Source: Rhodoferax sp.
Lineage (GTDB): Bacteria > Pseudomonadota > Gammaproteobacteria > Burkholderiales > Burkholderiaceae_C
Direction of reading: 5' to 3'
Assembly (NCBI GenBank): GCA_003133245.1
Contig: PKWM01000036.1
Location: 4,337 to 68,336, forward strand
Length of the DNA: 64,000 nucleotides
Positions 42,940-56,336 of the stretch are shown here, piece after piece. A program made the position numbers and the translations under genes. The notes under the pieces were generated by a model. That model was not told the DNA's origin. It made no database searches and saw only the letters and a list, made by a program, of their open reading frames with translations. The number at the start of each line of letters is the position of its first letter. Position 1 is the first letter of the stretch.

Positions 42940-44493
42940 TTAAGCGAACGACTTCTTGAAAGCAGCAGTGGCAGCGTTCAACTCCGCCTCGGCGTCCTTG
43001 TCCATCGCCTTGTCGGCTTCGAGTTTGGCCAGCAGGACAGCGCACTTGTCCTTCAGATAAGCGTGCAAGCCGTGTTCAAAAGAGAGCACCTTGTTGACCG
43101 GCAGATCGTCAACATAGCCCTTGTTCACGGCAAACAGCGTGGCGGCCATCAGGGAGATTGGCAGCGGACTGTACTGGGCTTGTTTGAGCAATTCGGTGAC
43201 GCGGGCGCCGCGCTCGAGCTGCTTGCGGGTGGCTTCGTCCAGGTCGGAGGCAAACTGCGCGAACGCGGCCAGTTCACGGTACTGTGCCAAGTCGGTACGG
43301 ATACCGCCTGAGAGCGCCTTGATCAGCTTGGTCTGGGCAGCGCCACCGACGCGCGACACCGAAATGCCGGCATTGATGGCGGGGCGGATACCGGCATTAA
43401 ACAGTGAAGTTTCCAGGAAAATCTGGCCGTCGGTAATCGAGATTACGTTGGTCGGCACGAAAGCCGAGACGTCGCCGGCCTGCGTCTCAATGATCGGCAG
43501 CGCGGTGAGGGAACCGGTCTTGCCGGTGACGGCACCTTTGGTGAAATCGGTGACATATTTTTCGTTGACGCGGGCAGCGCGCTCGAGCAAGCGGCTGTGC
43601 AGGTAAAACACGTCGCCGGGGTAGGCTTCACGGCCTGGCGGGCGGCGTAGCAGCAAGGACACCTGGCGATAAGCCACGGCTTGCTTGGAGAGATCGTCAT
43701 ACACAATCAGTGCGTCTTCACCGCGGTCGCGGAAATATTCGCCCATGGTGCAGCCCGAATAGGCGGCGACATACTGCATGGCGGCTGATTCCGACGCTGT
43801 GGCTGCCACCACAATGGTGTATTCCATGGCACCGGCTTGTTCCAGCGAGCGCACCACGTTTTTGACGCTGGAGGCCTTTTGGCCAATGGCGACATAAACG
43901 CAGGTCATGTTTTGACCTTTTTGGTTGATGATGGCATCGATCGCCACGGCAGTTTTGCCGGTCTGACGGTCGCCAATGATCAGCTCGCGTTGCCCGCGCC
44001 CGACCGGCACCATCGAGTCAATTGACTTCAAACCCGTCGCCATCGGCTGGCTCACCGATTGGCGCGCAATCACACCCGGCGCGACCTTTTCAATCACGTC
44101 GGTCATCTTGGCATTGATCGGGCCTTTGCCATCAATCGGCTGACCCAGCGCATTGACCACGCGACCTTTGAGCTCGGGGCCCACTGGCACTTCCAGAATA
44201 CGACCGGTGCACTTGACCGTGTCGCCCTCGGAGATGTGCTCGTAAGCGCCCAAAATCACCGAGCCGACCGAGTCGCGCTCCAGGTTGAGTGCCAGGCCGA
44301 AGCAAGGCTGTCCATCGTTGTCAACCGGGAATTCAAGCATTTCGCCCTGCATCACGTCCGACAGGCCGTGAATGCGGCAAATACCGTCGGTGACGGATAC
44401 CACAGTGCCCTCATTGCGAATGTTGGCACTAGCCGACAGACCCTCAATACGGTTCTTGATCAGTTCAGAAATTTCTGCGGGATTGAGTTGCAT
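42940..44493 (-). CDS. atpA: ATP synthase alpha subunit
   Basis: [31 protein letters not shown]. Confidence 0.98.
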   Translation of the reverse strand: MQLNPAEISELIKNRIEGLSASANIRNEGTVVSVTDGICRIHGLSDVMQGEMLEFPVDNDGQPCFGLALNLERDSVGSVILGAYEHISEGDTVKCTGRILEVPVGPELKGRVVNALGQPIDGKGPINAKMTDVIEKVAPGVIARQSVSQPMATGLKSIDSMVPVGRGQRELIIGDRQTGKTAVAIDAIINQKGQNMTCVYVAIGQKASSVKNVVRSLEQAGAMEYTIVVAATASESAAMQYVAAYSGCTMGEYFRDRGEDALIVYDDLSKQAVAYRQVSLLLRRPPGREAYPGDVFYLHSRLLERAARVNEKYVTDFTKGAVTGKTGSLTALPIIETQAGDVSAFVPTNVISITDGQIFLETSLFNAGIRPAINAGISVSRVGGAAQTKLIKALSGGIRTDLAQYRELAAFAQFASDLDEATRKQLERGARVTELLKQAQYSPLPISLMAATLFAVNKGYVDDLPVNKVLSFEHGLHAYLKDKCAVLLAKLEADKAMDKDAEAELNAATAAFKKSFA

Positions 44494-44543
44494 GACTCTT
44501 TCCTTCTTTCATTAATTGGGCTTGACCACCAGAGGCTTGCGCC

Positions 44544-45074
44544 TCAAGCAGTCAACGCCACTTTCATTTGTTCCAGACGGGCTTTGACAGAAGAGTCAAG
44601 AACCTCGTCCCCTACCACCACACGAATGCCGCCGATCAACTCTGGCTGCAACTGGACGGTGACATTGAGCTTGCGTGCAAAGCGCTTTTCCAGTGTGGCG
44701 GTCAAGTCAGCCAGCGCCGCACTGTCAATTGCGAAAGCGCTATAAACCAGCGTGTCAGACGAGCCGCTCTGGGCATTTTTCAGAGCCCGGAACTGCTCGG
44801 CAATTTCGGGCAAGGCCGCCAAACGATCGTTTTCAATCACCGCGCGCAAGAAGTTTTGCGCCATCTCCGGCAAAGCCACTTTGGTGACACCCGTGATGAC
44901 ATCGAACACCTGGGCAGCAGTGACCTTGGGGTTATCAGAAAACTGCTGCAATTGCGGATTTTTCGCAATCGCTTGCAAAGCGTCCACCCAGACCGCAGCG
45001 GCGTTCAAGTCCGCTTGGGTCGCCTTGAACAAGGCCTCGGCGTAAGGGCGGGCAATGGTGGCAAGTTCAGCCAT
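44544..45074 (-). CDS. atpH: ATP synthase delta subunit
   Basis: [16 protein letters not shown]...[18 protein letters not shown]. Confidence 0.97.
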   Translation of the reverse strand: MAELATIARPYAEALFKATQADLNAAAVWVDALQAIAKNPQLQQFSDNPKVTAAQVFDVITGVTKVALPEMAQNFLRAVIENDRLAALPEIAEQFRALKNAQSGSSDTLVYSAFAIDSAALADLTATLEKRFARKLNVTVQLQPELIGGIRVVVGDEVLDSSVKARLEQMKVALTA

Positions 45075-45084
45075 GGTGGTCCTC

Positions 45085-45555
45085 TTACAGTTCCGTCTTC
45101 AAGCGGCCAAGCAAATCAGCGTGGACGCTGGCATTGACTTCGCGCCGAAGTATCTGCTCTGCGCCTTTGACCGCCAGCGCCGCCACCTGCTCACGCAAGG
45201 CCTCGCGCGCTTTGACGGCTTGCTGTTCGGCTTCAACCTTGGCGGCCGCAATGATCTTGCTGCCTTCTTCGCTGGCTTTGGCTTTGGCTTCTTCCACCAT
45301 GGCCTGGCCGCGACGCTCGGCATCCGCCAGCCGTGCCGCCGTCTCGGTGCGCGACTTGACCAATTCGGCTTCGACCCGCTTATTGGCGGAGGAAAGCTCG
45401 GACTTGGCTTTGTCTGCCGCCGACAGGCCGTCGGCGATTTTGCTGGCGCGCTCGTCCAATGCGGCCGCAATCGGTGGCCACACGAATTTCATCGTGAACA
45501 GCACCAACAATGCGAAGACGATGGCCTGCGCTAGCAGTGTTCCATTAATGTTCAC
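45085..45555 (-). CDS. atpF: ATP synthase b subunit
   Basis: [14 protein letters not shown]...[12 protein letters not shown]. Confidence 0.97.
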   Translation of the reverse strand: MNINGTLLAQAIVFALLVLFTMKFVWPPIAAALDERASKIADGLSAADKAKSELSSANKRVEAELVKSRTETAARLADAERRGQAMVEEAKAKASEEGSKIIAAAKVEAEQQAVKAREALREQVAALAVKGAEQILRREVNASVHADLLGRLKTEL

Positions 45556-45593
45556 AGTAAGTCTCCTTCAACAAAGGTTGTTGCAGGCAGGGC

Positions 45594-45860
<267 letters not shown>

Positions 45861-45917
45861 TCACTCCTAAATTAACAAAAAACAAACTAAAACAAAAACG
45901 AAAATCAACGCACGAAA

Positions 45918-46802
45918 TCAATGGGCATCGTGTGCCTGCCCGATATAAACCAAGGTCAACATCATGAAGACAAAGGCTTGCAGCAAGATGATCAGGATGT
46001 GAAACACCGCCCAAGCCCAACCTGCCACCACGTGCAGCAGCAAAAGCATCAGGCTGCCCGGTGCCGCCGAAAATGCCCAGGTGCCACCCAGCAGCGCGAT
46101 CAACATGAAAATCAACTCACCGGCATACATATTGCCAAACAACCGCATGCCGTGTGACACCGTTTTGGCGGTGAACGAAATCAATTGCTCGGCCAAGTTC
46201 ACCACGCCCAAAATCAAAGCAAATACCGGGTTCTTGCTGGTGCCAAAGGGAGCGGTCACCAACTCATGCGCCCAGCCGCCGATCCCTTTGATCTTGATGT
46301 TATAAAACAAGCATATCGCCAGCACGGATACCGACAGGCCCAGGCTGATCGACAGATCGGCAGTGGGTACCACCCGCATGTAGGCATGATGGGCGTCGTG
46401 CCCGGCAGCGCCATAAATCCAGCTCCACACCATCGGGAGCAAGTCGAGAGGCAACAAGTCCATGGAATTGAGCAAAACCACCCAGACAAAAACAGTGAGC
46501 GCCAGCGGAGCCACCAGTTTGCGGCTCTTGGCGTTGTGAACAATCGACTTGGCCTGACCATCGACCAATTCAAACAGCATTTCAACGGCTGCCTGGAAAC
46601 GCCCCGGCACGCCCGAGGTGGCTTTGCGAGCGGCTTTCCAGAGAAAGAAACAACCCAGCACACCCAATAGCATTGAGAAAAACAGGGAATCAATATTGAA
46701 AACGGAGAAATCGACGATTTCCGTTTGTGGCTTGGTCTGCCAATGCGTCAGATGGTGAACGATGTATTCACTGGCCGATGGCGCTTGTTCTTCTACGGAC
46801 AT
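45918..46802 (-). CDS. atpB: ATP synthase a subunit
   Basis: YIVHHLTH, RLFGNMYAGELIF, LQAFVFMMLTLVYI. Confidence 0.97.
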   Translation of the reverse strand: MSVEEQAPSASEYIVHHLTHWQTKPQTEIVDFSVFNIDSLFFSMLLGVLGCFFLWKAARKATSGVPGRFQAAVEMLFELVDGQAKSIVHNAKSRKLVAPLALTVFVWVVLLNSMDLLPLDLLPMVWSWIYGAAGHDAHHAYMRVVPTADLSISLGLSVSVLAICLFYNIKIKGIGGWAHELVTAPFGTSKNPVFALILGVVNLAEQLISFTAKTVSHGMRLFGNMYAGELIFMLIALLGGTWAFSAAPGSLMLLLLHVVAGWAWAVFHILIILLQAFVFMMLTLVYIGQAHDAH

Positions 46803-46812
46803 TGTTTACTCT

Positions 46813-47292
46813 TCAATCTGTTATACGTTTCGGGCGCATCAACAGCGCCAACCAATACACCTTCAGGGTCGCGATCAGGCCAATCAATAGGGCCAGCCAA
46901 TCCAAATTTCTCACCAGTTGCGGAGCCGCAAAAAGCAAGCCAACAGTCACAGCAAGCTTGACCGTTTCCCAGACAAAAAAACCAAATCCGGCAGTTGCCG
47001 CGTTGAGCGACGAGAACTGACTCGTCAGGCCCCGCGCAAACAGTGCAGCCGGTAGCACGACCGTCAGCGCACCGTAGCCCGCTGACCAGGCCATCTCTGC
47101 CTTGCCGGTAAAACCCCAGGCAGCCAAAGCCACCAGCAAGCCCACCACCACCTGCCAACCCACCACCCACCATGGTGAAAGAGGCGGCTGTAGTTTTCGC
47201 AAGGCTTGCGCCTCTTGGGCAGACAGCCGCTTGAAGGGCAAAGCGTCGAATTCATCGGCGTCATATTCGGAAACAAACGCGTTGATCGGCAT
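46813..47292 (-). CDS. atpI: ATP synthase subunit I
   Basis: First gene of the atp operon; hydrophobic, VVLPAALFARG, WETVKLAVTV. Confidence 0.85.
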   Translation of the reverse strand: MPINAFVSEYDADEFDALPFKRLSAQEAQALRKLQPPLSPWWVVGWQVVVGLLVALAAWGFTGKAEMAWSAGYGALTVVLPAALFARGLTSQFSSLNAATAGFGFFVWETVKLAVTVGLLFAAPQLVRNLDWLALLIGLIATLKVYWLALLMRPKRITD

Positions 47293-47475
47293 CGCAAATT
47301 ACCCCGCAGCTTGCGGTCAGTGGACCATCACAAAGCCACGTATTATACGTAGAAACTGCGGCTTTTGACCCGGCTCCGAGGGTAATTCGCAGTTAACCAC
47401 GGGGCTAGATCAAACGAAGAGAATATTCACCCCCCCATCCCTGTCAGCCCGGCGTGGCCTGACCACCTGACACCC

Positions 47476-47934
47476 TTACTGCACGCGAACCCAGGTTTGG
47501 GTTCTGCCCAGCAGGGCAAAACCGATGAAGCCCCGGACTTCGAGTTTTTGACCATCCTCAATCGGCGTCATCCTGAGTTTGTAAACGGTGCCGTTCTCCG
47601 GGTCAAGAATGTTGCCGCCTTCCCAGACGTCCTTGCCCTCGGCTTTTTTGGCGCCGCGAATAATCTCCAGGCCCAGCATGGGCTTGTCCTTGCGGTCATC
47701 GGTGCATTTATCACAAACCGCTTTTTGATCGGCTTCCTTGCGCAGCAGCTTGTCAATGCGGCCACTGAGCACGCCGTTGCTCTCGCTGATCTGAATCAGG
47801 CTTTTGAGTTCGCCGGTCTTGTCATCGAAACTGTGCCAACTGCCCACCGGTGTCATTTGCGCCGCAGCCATGCCAACGGACAAAACAGCCGCTAATGCCA
47901 AAGCAGCACGAATAACAGATCGAGTCATTGTCAT
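47476..47934 (-). CDS. DUF2147 domain periplasmic protein
   Basis: AAGGAG RBS, signal peptide, TPVGSW, C.KC.DDRKDKPMLGLEII, W.GG.ILDPENG..Y. Confidence 0.85.
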   Translation of the reverse strand: MTMTRSVIRAALALAAVLSVGMAAAQMTPVGSWHSFDDKTGELKSLIQISESNGVLSGRIDKLLRKEADQKAVCDKCTDDRKDKPMLGLEIIRGAKKAEGKDVWEGGNILDPENGTVYKLRMTPIEDGQKLEVRGFIGFALLGRTQTWVRVQ

Positions 47935-47965
47935 TTGAAATCTCCTTAAAAATAATTTGACAGAT

Positions 47966-49762
47966 TTATGCCAGAGCCGCATCGGTATCCATCAACACCT
48001 TGCTGCCGGCACGCGCAGTTTGCATCAAACTGGCAGTTTCCGGGAACAGTTTGGCAAAGTAAAAACGTGCCGTCTGCACCTTGGCCAGGTAGAACGGGTC
48101 GGTGTTGCCCGCTGCAATCTGGCGTAGCGCCACTTGCGCCATGCGCGCCCAGAAGTAGCCAAACACCAGATGCCCTGCGACGCGCAAATAGTCCACCGCA
48201 GCGGCACCCACTTCATCGGGATTCTGCATGCCCTTGAAGCCAATCTCGGTGGTGAATTTTGTCATCTGCTCGCCCAGCACCGCAATTGGCGTGATGAACT
48301 CAGCCATTTTCTCGTTGACACTCTCTTCGGCTACCAGTTGAGCGATGAGCTTGCCGAACTTCTTCAGCGTCGCACCCGCATTGCCCAGAATCTTGCGCCC
48401 CAGCAGATCAAGCGACTGAATGGTGTTGGTGCCCTCGTAAATCAGGTTGATGCGGGCATCGCGCACAAACTGTTCCATACCCCATTCCTTGATGTAGCCG
48501 TGACCGCCAAAAACCTGCAGACAGCCCGAGGTGGCAGTCCAGCCGTTGTCGGTAATGAAGGCCTTGACAATGGGCGTCAGCATGGCCAGCATTTCGCCCG
48601 CATCCTTGCGCGTTTGCTCATCGGGATGATTCATCTCCTTTTCCAGCAACATGGCGCTAAAGCACATCAGCGCCCGACCGCCTTCGGCGTAGGCTTTGGC
48701 GGTGAGCAGCATCTTGCGCACATCGGGGTGTACGATGATCGGGTCGGCCGCCTGGTCTTTGGCCTTGATGCCTATGAGCGAACGCATTTGCAGCCGGTCT
48801 TTGGCGTAGGCGAGCGCATTCTGGTACGCCACTTCGGTCAGACCCAAGCCCTGGTTGCCCACGCCCAGGCGCGCCGCATTCATCATCACGAACATGGCGT
48901 TCATCCCCTTGTTGGGCTGCCCGACCAGGGTGCCAATCGCGCCGTCGAGCACCATTTGCGCCGTGGAGTTGCCGTGAATGCCCATCTTGTGTTCGAGGCC
49001 GCCACAGTAAATGCCGTTGCGCGCACCCAAAGAGCCATCTTTATTCACCAAAAACTTGGGGACAATGAAGAGGCTCACACCCTTGATGCCAGGCGGGGCA
49101 TCGTTCAGGCGCGCCAGCACCAGATGAATGATGTTCTCGGCCATGTCGTTCTCACCGGCGCTGATGAAAATCTTGTTGCCGGTGAGCGCGTAGCTGCCGT
49201 CGGCCTGCGGCTCGGCCTTGGTGCGCATCAGGCCCAGGTCGGTGCCGCAGTGCGCCTCGGTCAGGCACATAGTGCCGGTCCACTCGCCGCTGGTCATCTT
49301 GTGCAAATAGGTTTGCTTTTGCTCCTCGGTGCCGTGCGCATGCAGGGCGGCGTAAGCGCCATGCGTCAGGCCCGGGTACATGGTCCAGGCCTGGTTGGCG
49401 CTGTTGAGCATCTCATAGAACATCTGGTTCACCACCAGCGGCAACCCCTGGCCGCCGTAAGCCGGGTCGCAACCGAGCGCCGGCCAGCCACCGGCAACGT
49501 ATTTGGCATAGGCCTCTTTGAAGCCTTTGGGCGTGGTGACGGCATGGGTCGCCTGGTCGATGCTGCAGCCCTCGGTGTCGCCACTGATATTGAGCGGGAA
49601 AGTGACCTCGGCGGCAAATTTGCCACCTTCTTCGAGCACGGCGTTGGTGGTATCGGCATCGATGTCGGCGTACTGCGGCATTTGCTTGAAATCATCGGTG
49701 ATTTTGAGCAGCTCGTGCATCACAAACTGCATATCGCGCAGAGGGGGGGTGTAGCTAGGCAT
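47966..49762 (-). CDS. Acyl-CoA dehydrogenase
   Basis: GTMCLTEAHCGTDLG, GNKIFISAGE, EHKMGIHGN.T, YEGTNTIQ. Confidence 0.93.
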   Translation of the reverse strand: MPSYTPPLRDMQFVMHELLKITDDFKQMPQYADIDADTTNAVLEEGGKFAAEVTFPLNISGDTEGCSIDQATHAVTTPKGFKEAYAKYVAGGWPALGCDPAYGGQGLPLVVNQMFYEMLNSANQAWTMYPGLTHGAYAALHAHGTEEQKQTYLHKMTSGEWTGTMCLTEAHCGTDLGLMRTKAEPQADGSYALTGNKIFISAGENDMAENIIHLVLARLNDAPPGIKGVSLFIVPKFLVNKDGSLGARNGIYCGGLEHKMGIHGNSTAQMVLDGAIGTLVGQPNKGMNAMFVMMNAARLGVGNQGLGLTEVAYQNALAYAKDRLQMRSLIGIKAKDQAADPIIVHPDVRKMLLTAKAYAEGGRALMCFSAMLLEKEMNHPDEQTRKDAGEMLAMLTPIVKAFITDNGWTATSGCLQVFGGHGYIKEWGMEQFVRDARINLIYEGTNTIQSLDLLGRKILGNAGATLKKFGKLIAQLVAEESVNEKMAEFITPIAVLGEQMTKFTTEIGFKGMQNPDEVGAAAVDYLRVAGHLVFGYFWARMAQVALRQIAAGNTDPFYLAKVQTARFYFAKLFPETASLMQTARAGSKVLMDTDAALA

Positions 49763-49767
49763 GCTGA

Positions 49768-50481
49768 TTACTCCTTGGAGGCTGGGTTGGATTTGGGTAA
49801 AAGTTGCGGGGCGCTGTCAGCCGGGTTGCCGTAGCGCAGCAGAATATTTTCAAAGCCGGTATTGGCGCGCGCTATGGCACCCGGTTTTTCCAGAAAACGG
49901 GCTTCATAGTGCAACGCCAGGATCAGGCCATGAATCTCAAAGGCCATTTGTTCTTCGTCCGCGTCAGCCCTGAGTTGCCCTTCGGTTTTGGCCTGAACAA
50001 CGGCGCGGTAAAGCGCCGCCAGCCAGGTCTTGACCGAGCTGGCCAAAGCGTCACGCACTGGCCCCGGGCGGTCGTCAAATTCGACTGCGCCGCTGATAAA
50101 AATGCAACCCGACTGGAGCTCGACCGCAACGCGCTTCATCCAGTTGGCAAACAATGCACGCAAGCGCGCCAGGCCGCGCGCTTGTCCCATTGCCGGGGAA
50201 AAAACCTCATCAAAGAAACGCGTGTGGTAGTCGCGAATGACTGAAATCTGTAATTCTTCGCGCGATCCAAAATGGGCAAATACACCTGACTTGCTCATTT
50301 TGGTGGCCTCAGCCAGCGTGCCGATGCTCAAGCCTTCCAGCCCGATCTGCGCCGCCAAACCCAAGGCTGCATCGACAATCGCCTGCTTGGTCTGCTGTCC
50401 CTTTTGCCGGGCGTAGCCCACCTGCACGCCAGCACGGTGACTGACAGGTTTGCTTTTAACAGGGAGCTCTGAAATATTCAT
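49768..50481 (-). CDS. fadP: TetR-family regulator of fatty-acid degradation (FadP-like)
   Basis: TetR HTH (GLEGLSIG.LA....MSKSGVFAHFGSREEL), adjacent acyl-CoA dehydrogenase, and an upstream operator matching the recalled FadP motif. Confidence 0.7.
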   Translation of the reverse strand: MNISELPVKSKPVSHRAGVQVGYARQKGQQTKQAIVDAALGLAAQIGLEGLSIGTLAEATKMSKSGVFAHFGSREELQISVIRDYHTRFFDEVFSPAMGQARGLARLRALFANWMKRVAVELQSGCIFISGAVEFDDRPGPVRDALASSVKTWLAALYRAVVQAKTEGQLRADADEEQMAFEIHGLILALHYEARFLEKPGAIARANTGFENILLRYGNPADSAPQLLPKSNPASKE

Positions 50482-50490
50482 GGCGCTTAA

Positions 50491-50510
50491 AATAGAACGA
50501 TCGTTCTATT
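50491..50510. promoter_or_regulatory. Perfect 20-bp palindromic TetR operator (FadP-type)
   Basis: AATAGAACGATCGTTCTATT equals its own reverse complement and ends 10 bp upstream of the TetR start. Confidence 0.85.
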
Positions 50511-50577
50511 CTGCCGTATTTTTACCCGCTGCGCCGGACTTTGATCCTCATCCAATGAAATAATTTCTTGATTACTT

Positions 50578-50610
50578 CCTCGCCCTTTGGGAGAGGGCTT
50601 GGGTGAGGGC
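50578..50610. repeat. CCCTCACCC...CCCTCTCCC-type REP-like element
   Basis: Reverse complement reads CCCTCACCCAAGCCCTCTCCCAAAGGGCGAGG, with hairpin CCTCGCCC-TTT-GGGAGAGG. Confidence 0.6.
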
Positions 50611-50612
50611 GA

Positions 50613-51461
50613 TCAACGCTTGAACGGCACCACCAGCTGGCGCTGCTCGCCCAGACCTTCGATTCCCAAAGTCATGACATCGCCTTTTTTCAGGTACCTG
50701 GGCGGTTTCATTCCCAAACCCACCCCGGGCGGCGTACCGGTGGTGATCACGTCGCCCGGCATCAGGGTCATGAACTGGCTCAGGTAGCTGACCAGCTTGG
50801 CAACGCCAAAAATCATGGTTTTGGTATTGCCGGTTTGCAGGCGTTGACCATTGACGTCAAGCCACAAGCCGAGCTTTTGCGGCTGGGTCAATTCGTCCGA
50901 GGTGACCAGCCAGGGGCCGATGGGTCCGAACGTATCGCAGCCCTTGCCCTTGTCCCATTGTGGACCGCGCTCCAACTGGTAAGAACGCTCGCTCACATCA
51001 TTCACTACGCAATAACCGGCGACCAACCCGAGCGCTTCTTTTTGCGTCACATAACGCGCACGGCTGCCCATGACCACGCCGAGTTCCACTTCCCAGTCCA
51101 TCTTGGTTGAGCCGCGCGGCAACATCACCGGGTCATTGGGGCCCTGAATGCAGGAAATGGCTTTCATGAACACCACCGGTTCGGCAGGAATCGGCAAGCC
51201 GGCCTCGGCCGCGTGGTCTGAGTAATTCAGACCAATGGCGACGAACTTGCCGATGTTGGCCACTGGGCAGCCGATGCGAGGCGCAGCGCGGACCAATGGC
51301 AGCTTGAGTGGGTCGAGCTTGCGCAACCTGGCCAGCGCAGCCGGGCTCAATTGATCAGCGCCAATGTCCGCGATGACACTGCTCAAATCACGCAGTTTCC
51401 CCGCTGCATCAAGCAGGCCGGGTTTTTCTTTGCCAGGGTTGCCAAAGCGTATAAGTTTCAT
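50613..51461 (-). CDS. Fumarylacetoacetate hydrolase family protein
   Basis: IGLNYSDHAAE, DWEVELGVV, YCVVNDVSER, KGKGCDTFGPIGP, GDVITTGTPPGVG. Confidence 0.93.
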   Translation of the reverse strand: MKLIRFGNPGKEKPGLLDAAGKLRDLSSVIADIGADQLSPAALARLRKLDPLKLPLVRAAPRIGCPVANIGKFVAIGLNYSDHAAEAGLPIPAEPVVFMKAISCIQGPNDPVMLPRGSTKMDWEVELGVVMGSRARYVTQKEALGLVAGYCVVNDVSERSYQLERGPQWDKGKGCDTFGPIGPWLVTSDELTQPQKLGLWLDVNGQRLQTGNTKTMIFGVAKLVSYLSQFMTLMPGDVITTGTPPGVGLGMKPPRYLKKGDVMTLGIEGLGEQRQLVVPFKR

Positions 51462-51464
51462 AAT

Positions 51465-52142
51465 TCAAAGCATGAGTGAAAGACTGGCTTCAAGATTCTC
51501 GGAGGGAATGCGTTTGAAGTTGGAACGGGCAAAGCGCTGCAAGCGTCCCACCAGAAAAGCGGTGACAACGGAGGCACGCACCTGGGTTTCGAGCGTGGGC
51601 GTAGCCGAGCCGCTGGCCTGAACCGCCGGGCGCAGGCTTTGCTTGAGAGCGGACTCGATCTTGTCAAAAAACTGATTCATGCGCTGCTGTAGGCGTTCGT
51701 TCTCGAACACCAGTGCATCGCCTACCATGACGCGCGTGAGCCCCGGATTTTTCTCGGAAAACTGCATCAACATGGTCACCACCTGGCCGACCTGGCGCCG
51801 ACCAACCTCAGCGTCTGTTGCGTCCTTGATGGCCTCAGATGTGGGCTCGAGTTGCACGATCTGGTTGATCAGCGAAAAAACGCTTTGCTCGATAAACTCG
51901 ATCAAGCCTTCAAACATCTGCGCCTTGCTGGCAAAGTGGCGGTACAAGGCTGCCTCGCTCACATCGAGTCGCGCCGCCAGCGCAGCGGTGGTGATGCGCT
52001 CGGCACCTGGCTGCTCCAGCATGGCGGCCAGCGCCTGCAAAATCTGCACCCGGCGTTCGCCCGGCCTGGGCCGCTTTCGCGTCGTTCTGGCGACAACGCC
52101 AACCTCAGAGGTTTGCAATGGTGTGGTTTCAAGGTCAGACAT
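51465..52142 (-). CDS. slmA: Nucleoid occlusion factor SlmA
   Basis: RKRPRPGERRVQILQ.LA.MLE, ITTAALAARL.VSEAALYRHFASKAQMFEGLIEFIE. Confidence 0.92.
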   Translation of the reverse strand: MSDLETTPLQTSEVGVVARTTRKRPRPGERRVQILQALAAMLEQPGAERITTAALAARLDVSEAALYRHFASKAQMFEGLIEFIEQSVFSLINQIVQLEPTSEAIKDATDAEVGRRQVGQVVTMLMQFSEKNPGLTRVMVGDALVFENERLQQRMNQFFDKIESALKQSLRPAVQASGSATPTLETQVRASVVTAFLVGRLQRFARSNFKRIPSENLEASLSLML

Positions 52143-52151
52143 GGGACACCA

Positions 52152-52312
52152 AGGGTTCGTTAAGCAATAACTTGCACATTTTGCTCGTCAGCTTTGGGCG
52201 CATTGCGTTGTTACAAATCTCTAGTTTGGCAGAGCCAAACGTCGCGCTTTGCGCCTAGCACTGCATCCCAAATCCGACGGCCAAATGCACAACATATTAC
52301 TTAACGAGTCCT
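52152..52312. mobile_element. 161-bp MITE/ERIC-like long imperfect palindrome
   Basis: 32-bp terminal inverted repeats with 24/32 identity, nested inner inverted repeats and a central GTTTGGC-AGA-GCCAAAC hairpin. Confidence 0.7.
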
Positions 52313-52380
52313 AAGCGAAAGATTGGTTTCATTCTCGCATAGCCCGACCAAGGGTTTTCTCGGGGTCATCCCACCCGCAT

Positions 52381-55155
<2,775 letters not shown>

Positions 55156-55159
<4 letters not shown>

Positions 55160-55521
55160 GACTTGATCAGATACTCTTCTTTGGCATGTCCCTGAGCCAC
55201 CAGGTCGGCCAACCAGCGCTTCATCACGCCACGACCGCTCCAGGTATCCCCATTGGGGCCTTTGTATTTCGCCGGAACCACGGTGGCACCTTTGTCTTTC
55301 CCGGAAGATTTATTGCCTGTCTTTTTGACCGTCAGCGCTGTTTTGGATTTGGCTTTTGCGCCGCGACCCTTGCGTGGCTGGAGATCCTTGAGCGTCATGC
55401 CAAAAGCATTCATTTTGGCCAGTATCTCCTGCACGGTCCTGGCAAATTCCTTGGTTTTGATTTCATTCGCCTGTTTCTGCAATTTTTCAATCTGACTTTG
55501 AATATCAATTAAATTACTCAT
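55156..55521 (-). CDS. hns: H-NS family nucleoid-associated protein
   Basis: N-terminal coiled coil, Lys-rich linker, PAKYKGP.G.TWSGRG DNA-binding motif. Confidence 0.88.
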
Positions 55522-55549
55522 GGATCAAACCCCTATAAATGAAGGAAAA

Positions 55550-55586
55550 CAAATACGAAATAACCAAATACGAAATAACCAAATAC
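55550..55586. repeat. 15-bp tandem repeat x2.5 upstream of hns
   Basis: CAAATACGAAATAAC CAAATACGAAATAAC CAAATAC. Confidence 0.85.
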
Positions 55587-55672
55587 CCTGAGGATGCTCT
55601 GCATCCCTAGTTGATATAGTCTTTCCGGGTTGGATTATCTCACCAAACAAAATATTTCGGATATTTGAGTAT

Positions 55673-56293
55673 CTATTTCCCCAGAATCGGAAATAGTTTT
55701 ATCAGTCCATCGGACATCACTTCAACTGCCAGCGCCGCCAGAATCAAACCCATCAAACGCGTCATGACATTAATACCGGTTTTGCCTAATATCCGGGAAA
55801 TCGGTTGCGCCAGGGAGAAGCACAGGGCGGTGGCCAGCGCGATCACCACACCGTAGCCGACCAGCGTACTCAGCTGCAAGAAGGTTTTGGCCCTTTCGGC
55901 ATATATCACCACGGTGGACATGGTGGCAGGCCCGGTCAGCAAAGGAATAGTAAGCGGCACGACGGCAATGCTGGCGCGCGCAGCCGCATCACTCAGTTCC
56001 TCGGCGTTGGACTTCGCTTCGGCCGGTTGGGCGTTGAGCATGGCCAAGGCTGAGAGCAGCAGCAGCATGCCGCCGCCGACCTGAAAACTGGCCAGCGAAA
56101 TGCCAAAAAAATTCAGGATATGCAGCCCCATCAGGGCGCTGGTGGCAATCACGACAAAGGCGCTGAAAGCGCTGATCCAGATCGTGCGCCGACGCTGCTC
56201 GTGCGTGAAAGCCTGCGTGTAATGGATGAAAAATGGCACGATGGCCAGCGGGTTAACGATCGCCAACAGTGTCAAAAGCGGTTTGAAATCCAT
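55673..56293 (-). CDS. MarC family protein
   Basis: LLAIVNPLAIVPFF, VVPLTIPLLTGPATMSTVV, TRLMGLILAALAVE. Confidence 0.9.
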   Translation of the reverse strand: MDFKPLLTLLAIVNPLAIVPFFIHYTQAFTHEQRRRTIWISAFSAFVVIATSALMGLHILNFFGISLASFQVGGGMLLLLSALAMLNAQPAEAKSNAEELSDAAARASIAVVPLTIPLLTGPATMSTVVIYAERAKTFLQLSTLVGYGVVIALATALCFSLAQPISRILGKTGINVMTRLMGLILAALAVEVMSDGLIKLFPILGK

Positions 56294-56336
56294 GAAATTT
56301 CTCCTGATACCAACGGGTTGCTATCGATCCAACCGA

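Noticed and set aside
47342-47347. Perfect TATAAT (minus strand) upstream of atpI
   Set aside because: A plausible -10, but no acceptable -35 or extended -10 at the proper spacing, so it was not listed as a feature.
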